From Sphaeroforma arctica JP610 (Eukaryota): a stretch of DNA of 60,805 nt. Under the pieces are notes generated by a model, which was not told the origin of the DNA, did no database searches, and saw only the letters and a list, made by a program, of their open reading frames with translations. Every line of letters starts with the position of its first letter. Position 1 is the stretch's first letter. The position numbers and the translations under genes are program-made. The stretch spans positions 68,362 to 129,166 of the forward strand of contig NW_014040490.1 in the NCBI RefSeq assembly GCF_001186125.1. Reading direction: 5' to 3'. Shown in pieces: positions 56,125-60,805 of the stretch.

Positions 56125-56843
56125 AGATCGAGTTTGTTTGCAAATTCACCCTTTGCCAGTTACAGGGCATAATTTTGTGCTGGCTGGGGTTCAACTTTAT
56201 TCTGATCTGAGGATTGTTGATTTCACTCGTCTATATAGCGGTACAAAGTGTGATTAGCAAAATAGTTGCCTTCTGTAGATGATCTCCGGTACATCAATAA
56301 CTAGATATGACGCCAGTAGATCGAGTTTGTTTGCAAATGCGCCCTTTGCCAGTTATATTCGGCGTAATTTTGTGATGGCTGCAGTGCAACTTTATTTTGA
56401 TCTTGGGTTGTTGATTTCCCGCGTCTATAGAGCGGTACAAAGTGCAATTAGTCCTTGTATAGGTGATCTCCGGTACATTAATAACTAGATATGACGCCAG
56501 TAGATCGAGTTTGTTTGCAAATGCGCCCTTTGCCAGTTATATTCGGCGTGAATTTTGTGATGGCTGCAGTGCAACTTTATTTTGATCTTTGGGTTGTTGA
56601 TTTCCCGCGTCTGTAGAGCGGTACAAAGTGTGATCAACAAGTTAGATGCCTTCTGTAGATGATCTCCGGTACATTAATAACTAGATATGACGCCAGTAGA
56701 TCGAGTTTGTTTGCAAATGCACCCTTTGCCAGTTATATTCGGCGCAATTTTGTGATGGCTGCAGTGCAACTTTATTTTGATCTTGGGTTGTTGATTTCCC
56801 GCGTCTGTAGATGCCTTCTATAGATGATCTCCGGTACATTAAT
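56125..56843. repeat. Tandem array of ~4 imperfect 184-196 bp units overlapping the 3' end of the SH2 gene
   Basis: AGATCGAGTTTGTTTGCAAAT recurs at 56125, 56318, 56502 and 56698. GATCTCCGGTACAT recurs at ~56281, 56465, 56661 and 56826. Confidence 0.95.
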
Positions 56844-59800
56844 CGGTTCCGTCAGCCTAAAGCCAATATCGTCAATTATTTGATTTTCCGTAAAGTGGGA
56901 CACCAGATCATACAGTGTTTTGAACGACCGTCCGGATAATTGGTAGTGGCACCTCCTATTTTCTATCCATAAATTACGTATCCTGGCGATATCCCTGTAG
57001 AAGAGAAACAAAAGTATAAGTATGACGAGGTCTAGCCCATGGATAAAATAATCTAGCGATGCTCCTGAGATAAAAACTGAAGTTTCACAACGATAGAATA
57101 ATGTATAGCATGATCTTAGCAAAGCTCTGGGGGAGATAGACGGCAGATGTAGATACAGCAGGATGAAACATCCCAACTCATTGAATGGCACCAACGATGT
57201 AACTACAATAAAATTTTAACGACTGTGAATAGCTGTTAATTGACATTGTACATACTTGACAGACAGTACGTAAAGGCCCTTCTCGCAATTGAAACGTATC
57301 AACCACGAGCCGCGAGGTTGTCCATTCATAACAGCTTTGAGATGTTCTCTCCGCGCCGAGTGATTCATGCTGACAGGGATTGGCAAGAAGAATCTGCACC
57401 GGCGTGGGGTTGTATATGATTATGTATGATGAGTGTACTGTCATTGTAATTGACCCGCATATTTGACCTTCCAGAGTATGCGAATTTTGATACAAACGCT
57501 GGTACAGAGTGATTTAAAATGAAGAGGGCAGAGCAAAAGGTACGAGAAGACGAAATCGTCGACTCATTCGAGGCATAGACTAGTCAATTTGTAGTACGCA
57601 TTCATGACACACGGCCAAGGCTGGTGACACCAACAGATAAATAGTCGACCAATACAGATAAATAGTCACCAGGAAAGAGTTAGATATCTTTGATCACAAT
57701 CGTGAATGAAAAGAGCAAAATTCCTTAGATCCAAACCGTGAATTGAACAAGCTAACCTTTCGCTGTTGTTCGTTTGACAAAGCGAATCATCCACCGCGAA
57801 TTCCTAAATTCATCCACTCTCTGAGCATTTCTAACCCAAAAATAAGAACTAGATACCAATACACAAACTCACATCTCATAATACTTACGTAGACTCCTCC
57901 ACGCTTCCCTTCGACGCGAGACTCACAGCACTCGCAGTTCGGGATCCCATATCTCGTCTTGCACTTCCACTCTGAACGCTGCCCTGGTCAGAGATCAGGC
58001 TTGATGTGGATCGTTCGTTTCTCGGCACAAATTCGTCGGGCATAACAGGTGTAGCATACATCGTATTGTCTGTTACAGATTGCGGTAGGTCGTACACGCC
58101 TGAGGGTGTCTGGCTGTGATCTCCGAAAAATTCAGCAGTACTATATGTCCCAGTTCCACCGGTATTTTGAGGAAAGTCATATCCTACATTGTCCGGTGAA
58201 CAAATTGACTGGCTGCTCGACCTACTATACCTCCCAGCTCCACCGGTGTTTTGAGGGTGATCATACCCTACATTTTCCTGTGAAAAAAATGACTGACTGC
58301 TCGACCTACTATACCTCCCAGCTCCACCGGTATTTTGAGGGTGATCATACCCTACATTGTCTTGTGAATAAACTGACTGACTGCTCAGTGAAATTCGTCT
58401 GTCATGCGGTTGCTGCTCGTTGTGTAAGTGGCGTTCTATGTCGCTTATAACTTCATCATCGATTTCATAGTATCCATTGGATGATCGCCTAAAATCTCCG
58501 GAAGCAGTTGCTGAATCGTCGGTATGTGGTCCACCACAGTACCCCCTTTCACTGGTATTCGATATCGAATTAGTACTATAATGTAGTCTTTCGGTGTGTA
58601 GTCCACCCAAGTACCCACTTTCACTCTCATGCGATATTGAGTTGGTATTATGCTGCACTGAGTGCCGTACAGGAGCTCCGCGGATTGCCGGTACATTGTC
58701 GTACTCTGGTCGCGAAGTATTGATTCTACCACTTGTCGAGTCTCGCCTCTTAGGTGGTCGTGCAGGCGGTGTTGCCTCCTCCTCTGTGTGTACTTGGGTG
58801 GACGTGTTTGATGTGCTTGTAGGTTTTGGCAGCGTATTAATACTAGCATGCTCGGGTATGCTAAGGCTGGGGCTGATTCTCTCCGTGACTCCTGGGCGAG
58901 GCGCAGCCCTGGGTTTGAACGACGACGTTTCACTGGCTGGCTGTGTGTGTGTGTTATTGCCGGGAACACTTGTGGCTCTTGGTAACGTTGGTCGCACGTT
59001 AACAGGCGGAGGACTACGCATGGCCTGTGCGGATACTCTGGAGATAGGTGTGGTAATACTATTACTACTACTGCTCACACTGGTCTGAGACGCACCAGAT
59101 ACTTGTGATAGCCTGGCGAGGCTTGTTGACGGCGGCGCTACACTCGCGTGCTCAACCCCGTCCAGGGTTGTGTACACCGAGTTGACCATGTCTGGTGATG
59201 GTATTTTTGGTTTAGGTTTGGATGTAGCTTTGGTACTGTTATGCTGATTGTTGGTATTATTCTGTGCATCTATAGGCTGCCGTGCTAGACTAAAATATTC
59301 GCGATAACTGAGTTGGTCGTCCCCAGAGTCCGTTGCGCGACCGCCGTGCAAATTCATGCGCCCCACGCTAGCACTCAGACTTTCGGGGCTTACGAATGTG
59401 GTGTAGGTGTCGTCATCTCCAGGCACTGTTGTGCCATGCATAGACGCCTGGCGAACGGGAAGGGGAACAGGACTGAATGCTCTATAACCCCTGAAATTCT
59501 TGGTAGACACGCCATTGGCGCTGGAGTATTGAATACTAGGCAAAGACTTGTTGTGCTTGAGATCCGCACTAGTCCTTGCGTTGGATGAGTTTACGCTTGA
59601 ACCGGGCGTCTGCGGTAACGGCCGTGAGCTCTGACGACCACTGTGTGTGATTGCGCCGCTACTGTGTGTGTGTGTGTGCGATTGTGAGTTGTAAGTGTGT
59701 GTATGCGACTGTGCACTATATGTATGTGTGTGCGTTTGTGACTGTGCGCGTGCTATTGGGGCTTCAGTGCTTTCATGTCTGCCCGAGGTGGACAGGCTAG

Positions 59801-59951
59801 CAGGAGTACTGCGTGACGGGGGAAGCGTAGTGGGGCTAAGTGGATCCAGATACGTATAGCCGTCGTCTATAGCGCGAGGGGGTACCTGGAAATCATTGCC
59901 GCCATGTCCGGATGCCGAATTGGCTGTGAAAGAGCCCACATTTGACACCAT
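56772..59951 (-). CDS. Phosphotyrosine adaptor-like protein with a long disordered Ser/Pro/Tyr-rich region and a C-terminal SH2 domain (exons 59951-57889, 57830-57757, ~57334-57256, 56994-56772)
   Basis: The spliced C-terminus WMIRFVKRTTAKAVMNGQPRGSWLIRFNCEKGLYVLSVKDIARIRNLWIENRRCHYQLSGRSFKTLYDLVSHF fits the SH2 consensus, with the FLVR arginine present as WLIR. The upstream 688-aa ORF carries several YxxP and PxxP motifs. Confidence 0.85.
58136..58390 (-). repeat. Three 84-bp (28-aa) coding repeats SSQSxxSxxNVGYDxPQNTGGxGxYS in the SH2 protein
   Basis: The (C/T)TCCACCGGT anchor occurs at 58154, 58238 and 58322 (84-bp period). Confidence 0.92.
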
Positions 59952-60805
59952 TCCGTAGATATGTACATGAATAGTGAGTTTATGAGCTCACATGCTGCGT
60001 ACTTGTCCTTGCACATGTATACCGCTTATATGTATACCGCTTATAATATTATATCTAAATATATTCGTATTGTGTGAGCAATAGTAGGCTTTTTGGGGTC
60101 TGAGATTCATCATACTCTATAGTGAGAGCCTCCTAAAATCCGCTTTTTTATGGGAGGTTAATATGGATGTTCTCCCCAGTCCCCAAGACCCCCCTAAGGG
60201 CCCTAACCCTTTAACCCTATGTCCCACCGAATGTTTTTTTCTGATTCTATTAAAAAGTTAAAATAGCCGTTAGCCGGGATTGGTATCAACTAATAGCATT
60301 TATTTCCTTTTATAGCACGTCTTGCGTCTAAATACAATAGACTGCTATTAGTATGTGCTGAGTGTATTGTGACAGCTATAACATTGCACAGTTTAGTGCC
60401 CAACGGAAAAGGGGCATCAGCGTGTTGGAGATATATCAGGCGTCCAAGCTGATTCCAATGTGAACACCTGCCTTCAAATAAATAAGAGTCTTGTTGGATC
60501 ATAATGCCTCGGCTCAAGATATATAATAGATTTTGGCTGGTTGCTAGTGATGATTTCGTCGGGATCGGGGTGAGTATGTCCTTGTTCTTTTGTATACTGA
60601 GATCCCAGAAAAAAATACCCAGATCTAAATTATTTAGCTTAGATGTATTTGTTCATAAGTACATACCCATATATATAACACATTCTTTCATACGATTACG
60701 TCTATACATATATACATACATGTGTATACCTGTATACATATATCCATATACATGTATGCATGTACATATATACATATAATCATTATATATATATGGTATA
60801 TATAT

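Noticed and set aside
56125..56843. The array as a diversity-generating-retroelement template/variable repeat pair
   Set aside because: No reverse transcriptase is nearby, and the differences between copies include indels and are not adenine-specific.

Overview
Intron-rich eukaryotic genomic DNA with GT-AG introns, CTAAC-type branch points, abundant (TA)n/(CA)n microsatellites and six N gaps. The gene mix (an SH2/YxxP phosphotyrosine adaptor and a CNTD1-like cyclin alongside a fungal-type Trl1 ligase) suggests a non-animal opisthokont such as a unicellular holozoan; this is inference. Manual splicing gives 13 protein-coding genes in strictly alternating orientation: MAD3/BUB1 first exon (-), NDUFB2-like last exon (+), SPRYD7 (-), CNTD1/COSA-1-like cyclin (+), GOLPH3/VPS74 (-), CTC1 (+), an orphan 3-TM protein with PPxY motifs (-), CNOT3 (+), a Trl1-like ligase-kinase-phosphodiesterase (-), VPS26 (+), TBCD (-), UBC9 (+) and an SH2 adaptor (-). 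The most notable items are the Trl1-type RNA repair enzyme, the CNTD1-like crossover cyclin, the perfect head-to-head/tail-to-tail organisation, and a ~190-bp tandem array overlapping the SH2 gene's 3' end that encodes variant C-terminal tails. All homology calls come from recalled motif similarity; no database searches were run.
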